Assembly (NCBI GenBank): GCA_017450705.1
Contig: JAFSTC010000092.1
Coordinates: forward strand, 1,676-65,675
DNA: 64,000 bases
Source: Lentisphaeria bacterium
GTDB taxonomy: Bacteria; Verrucomicrobiota; Lentisphaeria; Victivallales; Victivallaceae
Direction of reading: 5' to 3'
Every line of letters starts with the position of its first letter. The first letter of the stretch is position 1. The notes under the pieces were generated by a model. That model saw only the letters and a program-made list of their open reading frames with translations, did no database searches and was not told the origin of the DNA. Position numbers and translations under genes: made by a program. Shown here piece by piece: positions 19,382 through 28,647 of the stretch.

Positions 19382-20863
19382 TCACAGGGGCATGGCGGCC
19401 AGGTGGCGGAGGAGGGTCTCTGCGACGAAGTGCTGACCGCGGGGCATGAGGTGGACGCCGTCGATGGGGGTGAAGACACGTCCCTTCTCCGGCAGGGCGA
19501 GGGAGGGGGTGTAGAGGTCGACGAAGTTCGCGCCGTGTTTTTCGGCGAGTTTTTTGAGGGCGGAGCACCAGGGGATGAGGTTCTCGGGCATGCCGAAGAG
19601 GTAGTAGCTCTGGCCGGGGCGTTTGCGCTGTTCGGCGAATTTGCGGCAGTTTTCCTGATCCATGGAGGCGGGGGAGACGAGGATGATCCGGGCGTCGGAG
19701 TGCTTGCGGATCTCGGTCAGGACTTTGGGCAGGTAAGTTTCGAGGGTCTCGACCTGGCGGCCGGGGATGGGTTTCCAAGCCTTGTCGAAGTACTGGACGG
19801 TATCGTTGTGGCCGAGGAAGATGAAGATCAGGTCATACTTCCGGTCCCAGAGATCGTTGAGGGGGCTCGAGGCATCGGCGGGGGGCCGGACGAGGCCGGC
19901 GTGGAGCTGCTTGAAGGTGAAGCCTGCGACGCCGGCGTTGCGGCAGGAGAAGAGTCCGGGGTTGGTTTTGTTGATCCAGAAGTTGATCTCGTCGATGAAG
20001 TTGAAGCCCCGGCAGAAGTCGCTGAGGCTGTCGCCGAGGAAAAGGGCGTTGAGTTTTCCGCGGAGATGGATCCCGGAGGCGATGCCGGAAAAGCGGCTCC
20101 ACTCGAGTTCGGAGAGTCGCGAGACGTAGACGCTTTTGGCGGTGCCGGACTTTTCGTCCCAGACGCCGGTTTTGGCTACGGCCTCCTGGACGGAGCCGGG
20201 GATGGATTTGCCGAGGGGGGCGATATCCGCGGGGGTCTCGAGGGTGAAGACGCCGTCTTTTCCGGTGAGGGCGAGCTGTTTTTTGCCGTCGAAGGCGGAG
20301 AGCTGTTCGCGGCCGGGGGCGGAGAAAGTGATTTTCGCGCCGCCCTTTTCGGGGAGCATGACGAATTCGGGAGCGGCGGAGATGGGGCTGACGTCCGGGC
20401 CGGGCGCTTCCAGTTTTTCATCGGCGATGCGGAGGAAGGAGCCCTCTCCGCTGAGTTCGACGACCAGATAAGCCGAGTTGATGTCGGGGTTGAGGGTCCG
20501 CAGGGCGACCTTGTGCTCCTGCCAGCCGTCGGCAAGTTTGATGCTCGGGCTGAAGGCGGAAAACTGTTCCTTGTAGAGGGAGGTCACGCTGTAGAACGAG
20601 ACGTTGATCTTGCCCTTGCCGCAGGCGCGGAAGGTATAGGTGAAAGTCTTGCCCCACAGGTCGAGGCGGCGGGGGAGGCGGCGGCGGACGCGGGCGAGGA
20701 AGGTCTTGCCGATCTGGGTGGTTTTGATTTCGACGGCGTCGGCGGATTTCGTCATGGTGCCGCCCCAGGCGCGGGTGATGACCTGGTGGGGGCCGAGTTC
20801 GATCTCCGCGGCTCCGATGAGGAGGGCGGCGGCGGCGAGAAGAAGAAGGAACGGTTTTTTCAT
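19382..20863 (-). CDS. Secreted SGNH/GDSL-family hydrolase (carbohydrate esterase-like) with N-terminal beta-sandwich domain
   Basis: Signal peptide MKKPFLLLLAAAALLIGAA. Block I is LFLGDSLSD, followed by IFIFLGHNDT, and block V is DGVHLMPRG. Confidence 0.8.
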   Translation of the reverse strand: MKKPFLLLLAAAALLIGAAEIELGPHQVITRAWGGTMTKSADAVEIKTTQIGKTFLARVRRRLPRRLDLWGKTFTYTFRACGKGKINVSFYSVTSLYKEQFSAFSPSIKLADGWQEHKVALRTLNPDINSAYLVVELSGEGSFLRIADEKLEAPGPDVSPISAAPEFVMLPEKGGAKITFSAPGREQLSAFDGKKQLALTGKDGVFTLETPADIAPLGKSIPGSVQEAVAKTGVWDEKSGTAKSVYVSRLSELEWSRFSGIASGIHLRGKLNALFLGDSLSDFCRGFNFIDEINFWINKTNPGLFSCRNAGVAGFTFKQLHAGLVRPPADASSPLNDLWDRKYDLIFIFLGHNDTVQYFDKAWKPIPGRQVETLETYLPKVLTEIRKHSDARIILVSPASMDQENCRKFAEQRKRPGQSYYLFGMPENLIPWCSALKKLAEKHGANFVDLYTPSLALPEKGRVFTPIDGVHLMPRGQHFVAETLLRHLAAMPL

Positions 20864-20895
20864 GATGTTTTTACCTCGAAACGGTTATGGGTGAC

Positions 20896-23800
20896 TTAAA
20901 AGATCTTCCAAGTGCGCAAGTTGCAGACGGAGCTGCCGGAGAAGCAGAAGAAGATCCTGTGCTTTCCCGAGAGCGGCCGGGTGAATTTCAGCGTCATCAT
21001 GCGGTAGTCGCGCCAGTTCGCGGTGTGGAAATTGGCGCAGAGGGGGGAGGAGCAGACCAGATTTTCGGGGGCGATGGAATCCACGTAGATGCGGAGCGTG
21101 CCGTCGCCGCTTTCGGGCGGAGCGGCCATGAGGAGGTCGATGTTCCGCGTTTTAGGTTCCCCGCCGAAATCCATGGTGCCGGGATAGACGACGGCGTAGT
21201 AAATGTAGTTGATCTCGTTGCGGGCCACGGCCCGCTGGGCGCCGCTCACGAAAGCCTCTACGGCGGGATAGGTCCTGTCGGGGACGAGGGCTTTTTCGGG
21301 ATATTTCGCCGGATCGAAGCGGAAGGGGTCCTTTTCCGTGAAGGTGGCGGCAATGGTTTCGAAGGCCCTGTCGAGTTTCGGACCGGGGGCGTTGGTCAGC
21401 ACGAGACAGGCGTAGGGTCCCAGACGGCAGGGGAAGCGCATCTTTTCCGCGCCGGAGACGGCGTGTTTTTTTCCGTCGGAGGTGTAGAGCGTCCAGGAGG
21501 AGGGCGCGGGGCTGTCGGGGGTGAAGCACAAAGTCGTCTCCCGGGGTTCGCCCGTCGTGTTGACGGCGATGACGGCGAAATTTTCTCCCTTCCGCCAGCA
21601 GGCGGCGAGGATGGGGGGACGGCTGACGACGCGGGAGCCGAAAACGCCCCAGAAATGGGGGATCTTCTGCGGTTCCGGCTCCTGCCGGGGCGGGCGGGCC
21701 ATTTCGCCGCCGTTGAAGTAGTCCAGCAGAGTGGTGCGCAGGTGCATGAGGCGCTTGACGTTGGCGCGGTAGTCGAAACGCAGGGGGGAGGTCAGGTTGC
21801 GGCTGTAGAGGCGGCCCAGCTGTTCGCCGCGGAGGAGTTCCTCGGCGTCCTTGACGAACCCGGCGCCCTCGTCCTCGCCCACGCGGTTGATGTCGCCGTT
21901 CTGGATGCGCCCGGCGTAGATCTGGTGGAAGAGGGGGATCTGGTCGTCGTACATGGCGCCCCAGGGGGTGGCGATGTCGCTCAGGCCCACGACGATCTCA
22001 CCGTTGCACTCGTTGGAAAATCCCCGGTCGGTCCAGCCCTTCTCTTTGAAAAGTCTGCGGAGCTCCAGCACGGTCTTGCGCTGACCGTTGAGGAACCAGG
22101 CGTCGGGATCGAGGGGGGCGTGGAGATGGTCCTTCGAGGTGCAGAGGATCGGGGTCGTGCATCCCAGCTGGTCGAGGTAGATGCCGTCGAGGCCCTGAGA
22201 AGCGAATCTGCGGCAGAAATCCAGTATCTGCAGGGAATAGGTCCGGGACGACGGACAGATGACCGCGGCTTTGCCGAAGGTGTCGGGGTAGCGTTCGAAG
22301 ACAGGCTTGCCCTCCTGGCGGACGGCGTCGGGGAGGATCTTTTGATTGAATTCAGGCAAAGTCATGGAGCGGCCGATCTCCTGGACGATCCGGGCGTTGG
22401 TGTAGAGCTGGACGCGGATCCCGGCTGCGTGGAGTTCCCGAAGGTCGCTGATCATGTCGGGATGCAGGCGCGGCCAGGGGATGTATTTGCTCCCTCTGTC
22501 GTGACTGCCTTCGACGTTGACGGCGAAGGAGAGGCCGAAATACTTTCTCAATTTCGCCAAATCGTCGTGGCTCTCGTTGCCGTAGGCGTAGGTGAGCCAG
22601 AGGGTGTTGTCCTTGAGCCACCGGGGCGTGGGATATTCGAAGGCCTCGCGCGTCCACCAGACGGGTTTGAGGCGGTCGAGCATGTTCCGGTAGCAGACGC
22701 CCGCATCGAACCAGTCGCCCCGGAAGAGCTCGATGACGGCCCGGGACTCGTTGCCGCCGTCGCGGGCGACGCTCTGGCGGAAGCCGAATTCGGCGCCGGA
22801 GGCGTCGCCGGTCATGGACAGGCGGCTGATCCGGCCCCGGGGTTCGCCGGAGGAGAGGAAGACGCCGGTCTCGCCGTCGTAGTAGGCGCCCATCTGGACG
22901 CAGGCCCGGCGGCCCGGATACGTGCCGGTGTGGGCCGCGCCGGAGGCCGTGTCGCAGGGCAGGGCGCGGCCGATCTCGTCGGGCGTGACGAGGAAGGGCT
23001 TGCCCCTGTTCAGGGCGGAAATACTGACCCGGGGGGCGTTGAGCGCCGTCACGGGATGCCGCGTCCCGGGCATTATGCCGTACTCGATCCGGTCGCCCGT
23101 ATAGGTGAAGCTGACGGCGGCCTTCCAGTCGGGATGGGTGTAATCGACGGTGAAGCGCCAGGCGCCGCCGTCGCGGCGGGGCTGCTTCGTGAGTTCGGCT
23201 TCGACTCCGGGGGAATCGGGGGAGAAGGTCTCTTCGCGGCCGTCCTTATTCAGCACGAGTTCGAAAAAGAGGTTGTCCCAGCGGAGAAGTTCCCGCCTGG
23301 AAACTTTGTCGAACCAGGAGACGATCCCGGAGGCGCCGGGGATGGTCGAGACCACGAGGGAGGTCTCCTTTCCTTCCAGCAGGAGCAGATGCTTTTCGGG
23401 CTGTTGAGCCGCCTGCCGCCACGCGGGGAGGCCCTTGGCGGCCAGACGGGAGAGAGCGCTGCGGAAGGGGACGTTTTCGACGGAAGAGAGCAGTTTTTCG
23501 TCGTCGGAAGAGAGTTTCGCGGGAGTGCGGAAGGCGGGTTTCGCCAATTTCTGGGAGGCGACGATCCTGCGGATCTCGTTTCCGGTGAGGACCCGGTCGT
23601 AGATGCGGGCGTCGGCGATCTCGCCGCCCAGCCGCCACGGGGGACCGAAGGTGCTGCCGCAGCCCAGCTCGATGGGGGTGTCGTCGCAGAAGCGCATCCT
23701 GAGGCGGCGGTGATCGATCTGCTTGACGGGCGCGCCGTCGATGTAGACGCGGATCTCCACCTGATCCACGCCGTGGGCGGGTTCCAGGCGGTGGAAGATC

Positions 23801-24294
23801 GTCATGGCGGCGTGGTGGAAATCCCCGTCCTGCGGATAGGCTTCCATGGCGTAATTGGGGGCGACGTCGTGTTTGGAGTCGTCCCAGAAGTTGGTGTAGA
23901 TCCGGTTTTTCTGCCGGCCGAAGAGGAACTGTTTGGACCGGAAGAAGAACATGTCGTGATTGCGTTCCAGATCCCGGTTGCCGGGGAGGGCCTGCTGCTT
24001 GTAGGTCAGCATGAAGGTCATGCCCTTGAGGGGGTCGAGCTTTTCGGTTCCCTCGAGGACGATCTCGGTGGTGAGGCCGTCCATGGCCAGGGCGTTGTTT
24101 TTCGTTACGGCGAACTTGCCTTTGATCCGGGCGGGGTAGCGGGGGCCCATGCGGTTGGGCACGACGCCGTCTTTGAGGTCTTCGAAGCAGTAGCGGGCCA
24201 CGGGCCTGGTTTCGGCGCGGAGCAGGAGGGGCAGCAGCAGAAGCGGCAGAATCGCCGTCCTTTTCAAAAGAGTCCATGCGGAAAACATCATCAT
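20896..24294 (-). CDS. Secreted 1132-aa LamG + uncharacterised GH-like core + C-terminal CBM-like protein (paralogue of 10451-13819)
   Basis: Signal-like N-terminus MMMFSAWTLLKRTAILPLLLLPLLLRA. LamG motifs are FHHAAMTIF...YIDGAPV...GPPWRLGGEIADARIYDRVL. The core aligns by eye with the paralogue: GVFLSSGEPRGRISRLSMTGDASGAEFGFRQSV vs GVFLGWRDPRGTLKNMQATGKRGGMEFSWSQCV, and LLDYFNGGEM vs LNDYFNNGDM. Confidence 0.8.
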   Translation of the reverse strand: MMMFSAWTLLKRTAILPLLLLPLLLRAETRPVARYCFEDLKDGVVPNRMGPRYPARIKGKFAVTKNNALAMDGLTTEIVLEGTEKLDPLKGMTFMLTYKQQALPGNRDLERNHDMFFFRSKQFLFGRQKNRIYTNFWDDSKHDVAPNYAMEAYPQDGDFHHAAMTIFHRLEPAHGVDQVEIRVYIDGAPVKQIDHRRLRMRFCDDTPIELGCGSTFGPPWRLGGEIADARIYDRVLTGNEIRRIVASQKLAKPAFRTPAKLSSDDEKLLSSVENVPFRSALSRLAAKGLPAWRQAAQQPEKHLLLLEGKETSLVVSTIPGASGIVSWFDKVSRRELLRWDNLFFELVLNKDGREETFSPDSPGVEAELTKQPRRDGGAWRFTVDYTHPDWKAAVSFTYTGDRIEYGIMPGTRHPVTALNAPRVSISALNRGKPFLVTPDEIGRALPCDTASGAAHTGTYPGRRACVQMGAYYDGETGVFLSSGEPRGRISRLSMTGDASGAEFGFRQSVARDGGNESRAVIELFRGDWFDAGVCYRNMLDRLKPVWWTREAFEYPTPRWLKDNTLWLTYAYGNESHDDLAKLRKYFGLSFAVNVEGSHDRGSKYIPWPRLHPDMISDLRELHAAGIRVQLYTNARIVQEIGRSMTLPEFNQKILPDAVRQEGKPVFERYPDTFGKAAVICPSSRTYSLQILDFCRRFASQGLDGIYLDQLGCTTPILCTSKDHLHAPLDPDAWFLNGQRKTVLELRRLFKEKGWTDRGFSNECNGEIVVGLSDIATPWGAMYDDQIPLFHQIYAGRIQNGDINRVGEDEGAGFVKDAEELLRGEQLGRLYSRNLTSPLRFDYRANVKRLMHLRTTLLDYFNGGEMARPPRQEPEPQKIPHFWGVFGSRVVSRPPILAACWRKGENFAVIAVNTTGEPRETTLCFTPDSPAPSSWTLYTSDGKKHAVSGAEKMRFPCRLGPYACLVLTNAPGPKLDRAFETIAATFTEKDPFRFDPAKYPEKALVPDRTYPAVEAFVSGAQRAVARNEINYIYYAVVYPGTMDFGGEPKTRNIDLLMAAPPESGDGTLRIYVDSIAPENLVCSSPLCANFHTANWRDYRMMTLKFTRPLSGKHRIFFCFSGSSVCNLRTWKIF

Positions 24295-25037
24295 TTCCCC
24301 CTTGCCGCAAATTCGATCTCGGCGGCGTTTTCGATTTCCCGGCCGTCCCAGTCGAAGCCCCAGAGACCGGCATTGAGCAGGACTTTGCCCCGCCAGGCGG
24401 CGGGGGAGACGCGGCCGATGACCCGGCGGGCCCTGGCCGTCACGGCAAAACGGGGACCGGCAAACGTGATCTCTCCCCGGACGTCATAATATTTGTCGGG
24501 AACGACCGGTTTCTCCGCTTCGCCCGGCAGGGCGACCTTGTCGGCGAAAGTCTCCCGCCACGAGTAATAGAGGGTCTGGTTGACGCGGTATTTCCCCCCC
24601 TTCTTTCCCCGGAGGAGCGTTTCCACGCGGAACCCGGGCTTGCCGCGCCGGAAAGTGTAGCGGTAGATCGCGGTCACCTCTTCCAGCACCTCCAGTTTCG
24701 GGCGGGCGTCGCGGCAGAAGCGGCCCTCGAACTCGGCGGAGAATTCTTCCGGCGTGTTGGCGAGGATCTTCATCTTCGTCCAGCGGTCGAGGTCGAGTTT
24801 CCACTCCTTTTTGTCGGCGGGCGTGGTGATGTTGTCGCCGAAGCCCGAGCGGGGCATGGCGCCGGCCTTTTCGAGGACGAAGTCCCGGGGGAACATGTTC
24901 CCCTCGAAGAAGCGGCAGGAGTAATTGCCGCCGTCGATGAGCCAGCAGGCGGAATCGCCGTCGAAGCGCCCCATGTTCTCCGCGGCGCAGAGCAGAAGGC
25001 ACGACAGGAGACAGGCCGCGGAAAGGAGCTTCTTCAT
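24291..25037 (-). CDS. Secreted hypothetical protein (248 aa), no recognisable domain
   Basis: True start is the ATG at 25037 (MKKLLSAACLLSCLLLCAAEN, signal peptide). The stop overlaps the start of the downstream giant gene (ATGA at 24291-24294). The track's upstream extension is Arg/His-rich nonsense. Confidence 0.7.
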   Translation of the reverse strand: MKKLLSAACLLSCLLLCAAENMGRFDGDSACWLIDGGNYSCRFFEGNMFPRDFVLEKAGAMPRSGFGDNITTPADKKEWKLDLDRWTKMKILANTPEEFSAEFEGRFCRDARPKLEVLEEVTAIYRYTFRRGKPGFRVETLLRGKKGGKYRVNQTLYYSWRETFADKVALPGEAEKPVVPDKYYDVRGEITFAGPRFAVTARARRVIGRVSPAAWRGKVLLNAGLWGFDWDGREIENAAEIEFAARGK

Positions 25038-25048
25038 GGGGCGGCCTC

Positions 25049-25834
25049 CTACGGAATGACTTCCTTGACGCCGAGCTGGGACCAGCTGCGCTGGACCTTC
25101 ATGGGCGTCGCCAGAAGATCGCCCGCGGTCATGGCCGCCGCATGTCCGTCGACGAAGGCCGTGTTGGCCCGGTCGCTGTGCAGCCGCCAGATGCCGCGGT
25201 CGGTGTCGATCTCGTCGGTGACCGTCGTGAAGAACATGTACGAGCGCCCGTAATCGCTCCCCTGTTTGAGGATGCCCGTGTCGGAGATCAGGACGACGCC
25301 GGAGGGCTTGCGCAGAGAGGCCGGCTTGAGGTAGCCGATCAGCTTCGAGCTGGACTCGAAGATGCCGGTGATCGTGCCGATGCTGCGCGACCGGTCGCCG
25401 CGGCGCTCGTGGGGATAGGCGAACATCCACATGCCGTAGGAGTTTCTGTTCAAGCTGTCGCCGAAGGGGTCGCCGGAGGAGCTTTTGGGGGCCACGTTGG
25501 TGATGGCCGGGCAGAGGAACATCTTGGGCTCGGCGTATTTCTTTTTGGACCAGCCGGTGCGGCCGGCCAGCATCCGCGCCCAGATCGCCGTCTCGGCCAG
25601 CGTGGAGTCGTTCAGCAGGATCCAGCCGTCATGGTCGTCGGTGTAGAACTGCTGGGCCTGGGAGATCTGCTTGACCTGCGAGATGCAGCTGGCCGCCCTG
25701 GCCCGCTCCCGGGCCTGCTGCAGCGCGGGCATGAGCATCGCCGCCAGAATGGCGATGATGGCGATGACGACCAGCAGCTCGATCAACGTGAAAGACCGCC
25801 CCGATTTTTTCTCTTCGAAGATCCCGTTTTGCAT
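25049..25834 (-). CDS. Prepilin-type N-terminal domain / H-X9-DG protein (paralogue 2)
   Basis: [43 protein letters not shown] opens the protein; the C-terminus [13 protein letters not shown] fits H-X9-DG. ATG at 25834 is preceded by AAAGGAGGA. The 696-aa track ORF is an open-frame artefact running through lpxK. Confidence 0.88.
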   Translation of the reverse strand: MQNGIFEEKKSGRSFTLIELLVVIAIIAILAAMLMPALQQARERARAASCISQVKQISQAQQFYTDDHDGWILLNDSTLAETAIWARMLAGRTGWSKKKYAEPKMFLCPAITNVAPKSSSGDPFGDSLNRNSYGMWMFAYPHERRGDRSRSIGTITGIFESSSKLIGYLKPASLRKPSGVVLISDTGILKQGSDYGRSYMFFTTVTDEIDTDRGIWRLHSDRANTAFVDGHAAAMTAGDLLATPMKVQRSWSQLGVKEVIP

Positions 25835-25877
25835 GAAATGTCCTCCTTTTCCGCAGAGAAATATTCCGATTTTACCG

Positions 25878-25905
25878 ATAATATACCCGCGTGCGGGAAA
25901 AACAA
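25878..25905 (-). promoter_or_regulatory. Candidate sigma70-type promoter for the minus-strand prepilin-like operon, with a palindrome in the spacer
   Basis: On the minus strand: TTGTTT, 16 nt, TATTAT. The spacer contains CCCGCACGCGGG (25886-25897). Position-only inference. Confidence 0.25.
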
Positions 25906-25962
25906 ATAGGATGTCGGTGAAAAAGATTTGTACGAAACCGACACAGCCCGCAGGGCCGGCTC

Positions 25963-27135
25963 CTACATGAAGCAGATGCGGGAGATGCACTGGTCGAAAC
26001 TCTCCTGGCCGCTGAGGATGTCGATTTGGATCCTGAGGTAGATCAGCGGCAGGTCGCAGCGGCCGAGGGGCGGGATGCGGACGGCATCCTTTTCGGTGGT
26101 GAGGATCCAGGAGGCGCCGGCGGCCTTGGCCTGAGCGATGAAGTCCAGCATCTCCTGCTCGGTGTAGCGGTGATGGTCGGCGTAGTGGTCCCGGAGGACG
26201 AGCTCCGCGCCCAGCTGTTCGAGGAAGTGCTCGAAGCTCTCGGGACGGGCGATGGCCGAGAGCGCCGCGATCTTCTTCCCCCGGAGCGACTCCAGCGGCA
26301 TCTGCTCCCCCGTGCCGATGCGGACGAGGTGCCGGGGCTTGTGGCAGCACTCGATGATCTCCGCCCGGCGGGTGTGGCGGCGCAGGAAGTGCTTGAGATG
26401 CTCCAGCTTGTGACTGCCGTCGGACTTGGTGAGGAAGATGTAGTCCGCCCGGCGGATGTTTTTGATGGGTTCCCGGAGAATGCCGCGGGGCAGCACGTGT
26501 CCGTTGCCGAAGGGATCGGTGGCGTCCACCAGAACGATGTTGATGTGGGGCTTGAGCATGAGATACTGGAACCCGTCGTCGAGGATGATCACGTCCGTTT
26601 CGAAGTGATTTATGGCGTAGATACCGGACTTGACCCGGTCCTTGTCCACGAGGACGGCGACGTTTTTGAGATTGGAGGCCAGCATGTAGGGCTCGTCGCC
26701 GGCGAAATCGCTGTTGAGCAGCAGATCCTTCCCGTCCGAGACGACCTTGGGGGGCAGTTCGATCTTCTGCGCCCGGAACATCTGGCTTATGCGGAACCAG
26801 AGGGAGCGCTTGCGGCTCCGGTAGCCGCGGCTGAGGATGGCCACGTGCCGGCCCTTGGCGCTCAAAGTCCGGGCGAAGACCTCGACCACCGGGGTCTTGC
26901 CCGTTCCGCCGCAGCTCAAGTTCCCGATGCTGACCACGAGACAGCCCAATGCGTGATTGCGGATCACCCGCTTGTCGTACATCCAGTTGCGGAACTGTAT
27001 GCCCATGCGGTAGAACCGGGACGCCGCGAAGAGCAGCGCCGTCATCGCCCTGTCGGCCGCGCCCCTGCGCCGCCCCGACATCAGGTCGAGGAAGTACTGC
27101 TCGAAGTCCTCCGGCTTGAGTCTGAAAGAATGCAT
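25963..27135 (-). CDS. lpxK: Tetraacyldisaccharide 4'-kinase
   Basis: [22 protein letters not shown] (LpxK P-loop), ILSRGYRS, and length 390 aa. Confidence 0.88.
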   Translation of the reverse strand: MHSFRLKPEDFEQYFLDLMSGRRRGAADRAMTALLFAASRFYRMGIQFRNWMYDKRVIRNHALGCLVVSIGNLSCGGTGKTPVVEVFARTLSAKGRHVAILSRGYRSRKRSLWFRISQMFRAQKIELPPKVVSDGKDLLLNSDFAGDEPYMLASNLKNVAVLVDKDRVKSGIYAINHFETDVIILDDGFQYLMLKPHINIVLVDATDPFGNGHVLPRGILREPIKNIRRADYIFLTKSDGSHKLEHLKHFLRRHTRRAEIIECCHKPRHLVRIGTGEQMPLESLRGKKIAALSAIARPESFEHFLEQLGAELVLRDHYADHHRYTEQEMLDFIAQAKAAGASWILTTEKDAVRIPPLGRCDLPLIYLRIQIDILSGQESFDQCISRICFM

Positions 27136-27235
27136 GCAAAAAACCTTTCCGCGCTTTTCTCTTTATAAATTAATGCGAAAACCCCGTTTCCGCAAGTTGC
27201 ATTACGTCTTTTGTGCGATTATATTTTACTCCGTT

Positions 27236-28012
27236 ATGAAGACGACAGAGCTGAAGGCGTTTTTTTCGGAGTATGCCGGTTCCTTCGAGACCGGCGATGC
27301 CGACGTGTCCCGGAATGTCGCGCTGAAGCACGATCACACGCTCCGGGTGGCTGAGGAGGCGGCCCGTCTCGCCGCCGCCGAGGGCTTTTCCGGCCGGGAG
27401 AGCCGGCTCCTCGCCCGGGCGGCGCTCTTCCACGATCTCAGCCGGTTCGAGCAGTATTCCCGCTTCCGGACCTTCTGCGACGCGGAGAGCTTCGATCACG
27501 GGGAGAGGTCGTACGAACTGGTTCGCGAAAAGGAGCTTCTGGCGGATCTGCCGGAGGAGGAGCAAAAAACCGTCCTCGCCGCAGTCCGGTTCCACAACCG
27601 CCGTGAGGTGCCGGCAGACCTCTCCTGCGCCGAAAGAAAGATCCTGCTGGCCGTGCGGGACGCGGACAAGCTGGACATCATGCCGATTTTGCTTGCGCAT
27701 CTGCGGGAGCCGGGCAACGCCGCCATCGTCTACGGACTGCCGGAGACGGGCATTTTGAGTCCCGAAGTCGGGCGCGCGCTCCTCGCCGGGAAGAGTCCCG
27801 ACAACCGGGATTTCAAAAGCAGTCTGGATTTTCTTGCCGCCAAGTTCTCCTGGGGGTTCGACCTCAACTACGGCTGGACCTGCCGGGAATTTCTGGACCG
27901 GGACTACATGGGCCGGCTGCGCGCCCTGCTCCCGGAGAAACCGGAGATCCTCGATGATGTGCTGCATCGGGTGCTGTCATATTTGAAAAAGAAAGGGGAA
28001 AGATCATGCTGA
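27236..28012 (+). CDS. HD domain-containing protein (metal-dependent phosphohydrolase)
   Basis: LKHDHTLRVAEEA...ALFHDLSRFEQ...FHNRREVP...RDADKLD. Start was set at the ATG at 27236 (MKTTELK). Confidence 0.8.
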   Translation: MKTTELKAFFSEYAGSFETGDADVSRNVALKHDHTLRVAEEAARLAAAEGFSGRESRLLARAALFHDLSRFEQYSRFRTFCDAESFDHGERSYELVREKELLADLPEEEQKTVLAAVRFHNRREVPADLSCAERKILLAVRDADKLDIMPILLAHLREPGNAAIVYGLPETGILSPEVGRALLAGKSPDNRDFKSSLDFLAAKFSWGFDLNYGWTCREFLDRDYMGRLRALLPEKPEILDDVLHRVLSYLKKKGERSC

Positions 28013-28611
28013 AGAAAGTCATCGTCCTGTCCGCCGTGTGTTTTGCCCTGCCGTCCCTGCTTCCGGCGGCCCCCGGGAGCGTCTACGGGCGGGCGCTCCA
28101 GAAGGCCCGGAGCGTCACGGCCCAGGCGGAGAAGTCCCGCACGCTGCCCGAGGAACAGAGATCCGGGGCGGCTCCGCAGAAGGCCCCCGACGCGCTGGCC
28201 CGGGCTCAGGAGTTCTCCCGCGCCGTCGCCGCGGCCGGATTGAAAAAATATCCCCCCTCCGGCGCCCGGGGCGTCAATGAACTGCTCGCCAAAAAGATCG
28301 TAACTTGCGCCCAGCTGCAGCTCGAGGAGGGAAAAACTTCCGTCGCGGAGAAGGAGCTCGCCATCGCCTGGTTCGGCACCGAGGCGGCCCTGGCCGGAGA
28401 CAAAAAGGGCTTTCCGCTGTTCGTTTCCAAGCCCGCCCGGGGCGCCGTCATCGTCGGATTTCCCGACGGGAGCGTCCGGCGTCTAACCAACCGTCCCCGG
28501 GGCGTGACGGGGGTCATCTCGATCCTCAAGGCCGAGTCTCCCGAAAAGAGCGACCCGCTGTGGGAGAGCTACAGCAGGACCGCCCGGAGCATCGACAGAT
28601 CTTCCAGATAG
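28006..28611 (+). CDS. Secreted hypothetical protein
   Basis: Signal peptide MLKKVIVLSAVCFALPSLLPAAPG. The start overlaps the HD gene stop and an RBS (GAAAGGGGAAAG) is present. No domain recognised. Confidence 0.65.
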   Translation: MLKKVIVLSAVCFALPSLLPAAPGSVYGRALQKARSVTAQAEKSRTLPEEQRSGAAPQKAPDALARAQEFSRAVAAAGLKKYPPSGARGVNELLAKKIVTCAQLQLEEGKTSVAEKELAIAWFGTEAALAGDKKGFPLFVSKPARGAVIVGFPDGSVRRLTNRPRGVTGVISILKAESPEKSDPLWESYSRTARSIDRSSR

Positions 28612-28647
28612 AAAAACGCCTGCCGGGATCCCGAGACTCTTCGTTCC

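Noticed and set aside
20887-24489. 1200-aa plus-strand ORF
   Set aside because: It is antisense to the 1132-aa LamG paralogue and has shadow-ORF composition (poly-G/A/V/E/D). The minus-strand product aligns with the independent paralogue at 10451.
25049-27139. Single 696-aa ORF suggesting a fusion of the prepilin-like gene with a long N-terminal region. Similar over-extensions are 24291-25430, 51863-52975, 62373-63065, 14545-14664, 27116-27235, 33369-33467, 34142-34186 and 52576-54948
   Set aside because: The upstream parts are Arg/Pro/His-rich nonsense overlapping other genes (lpxK and others) or repeat elements. Internal ATGs with strong Shine-Dalgarno sequences give N-termini with proper signal peptides or family-typical openings, so the starts were trimmed.
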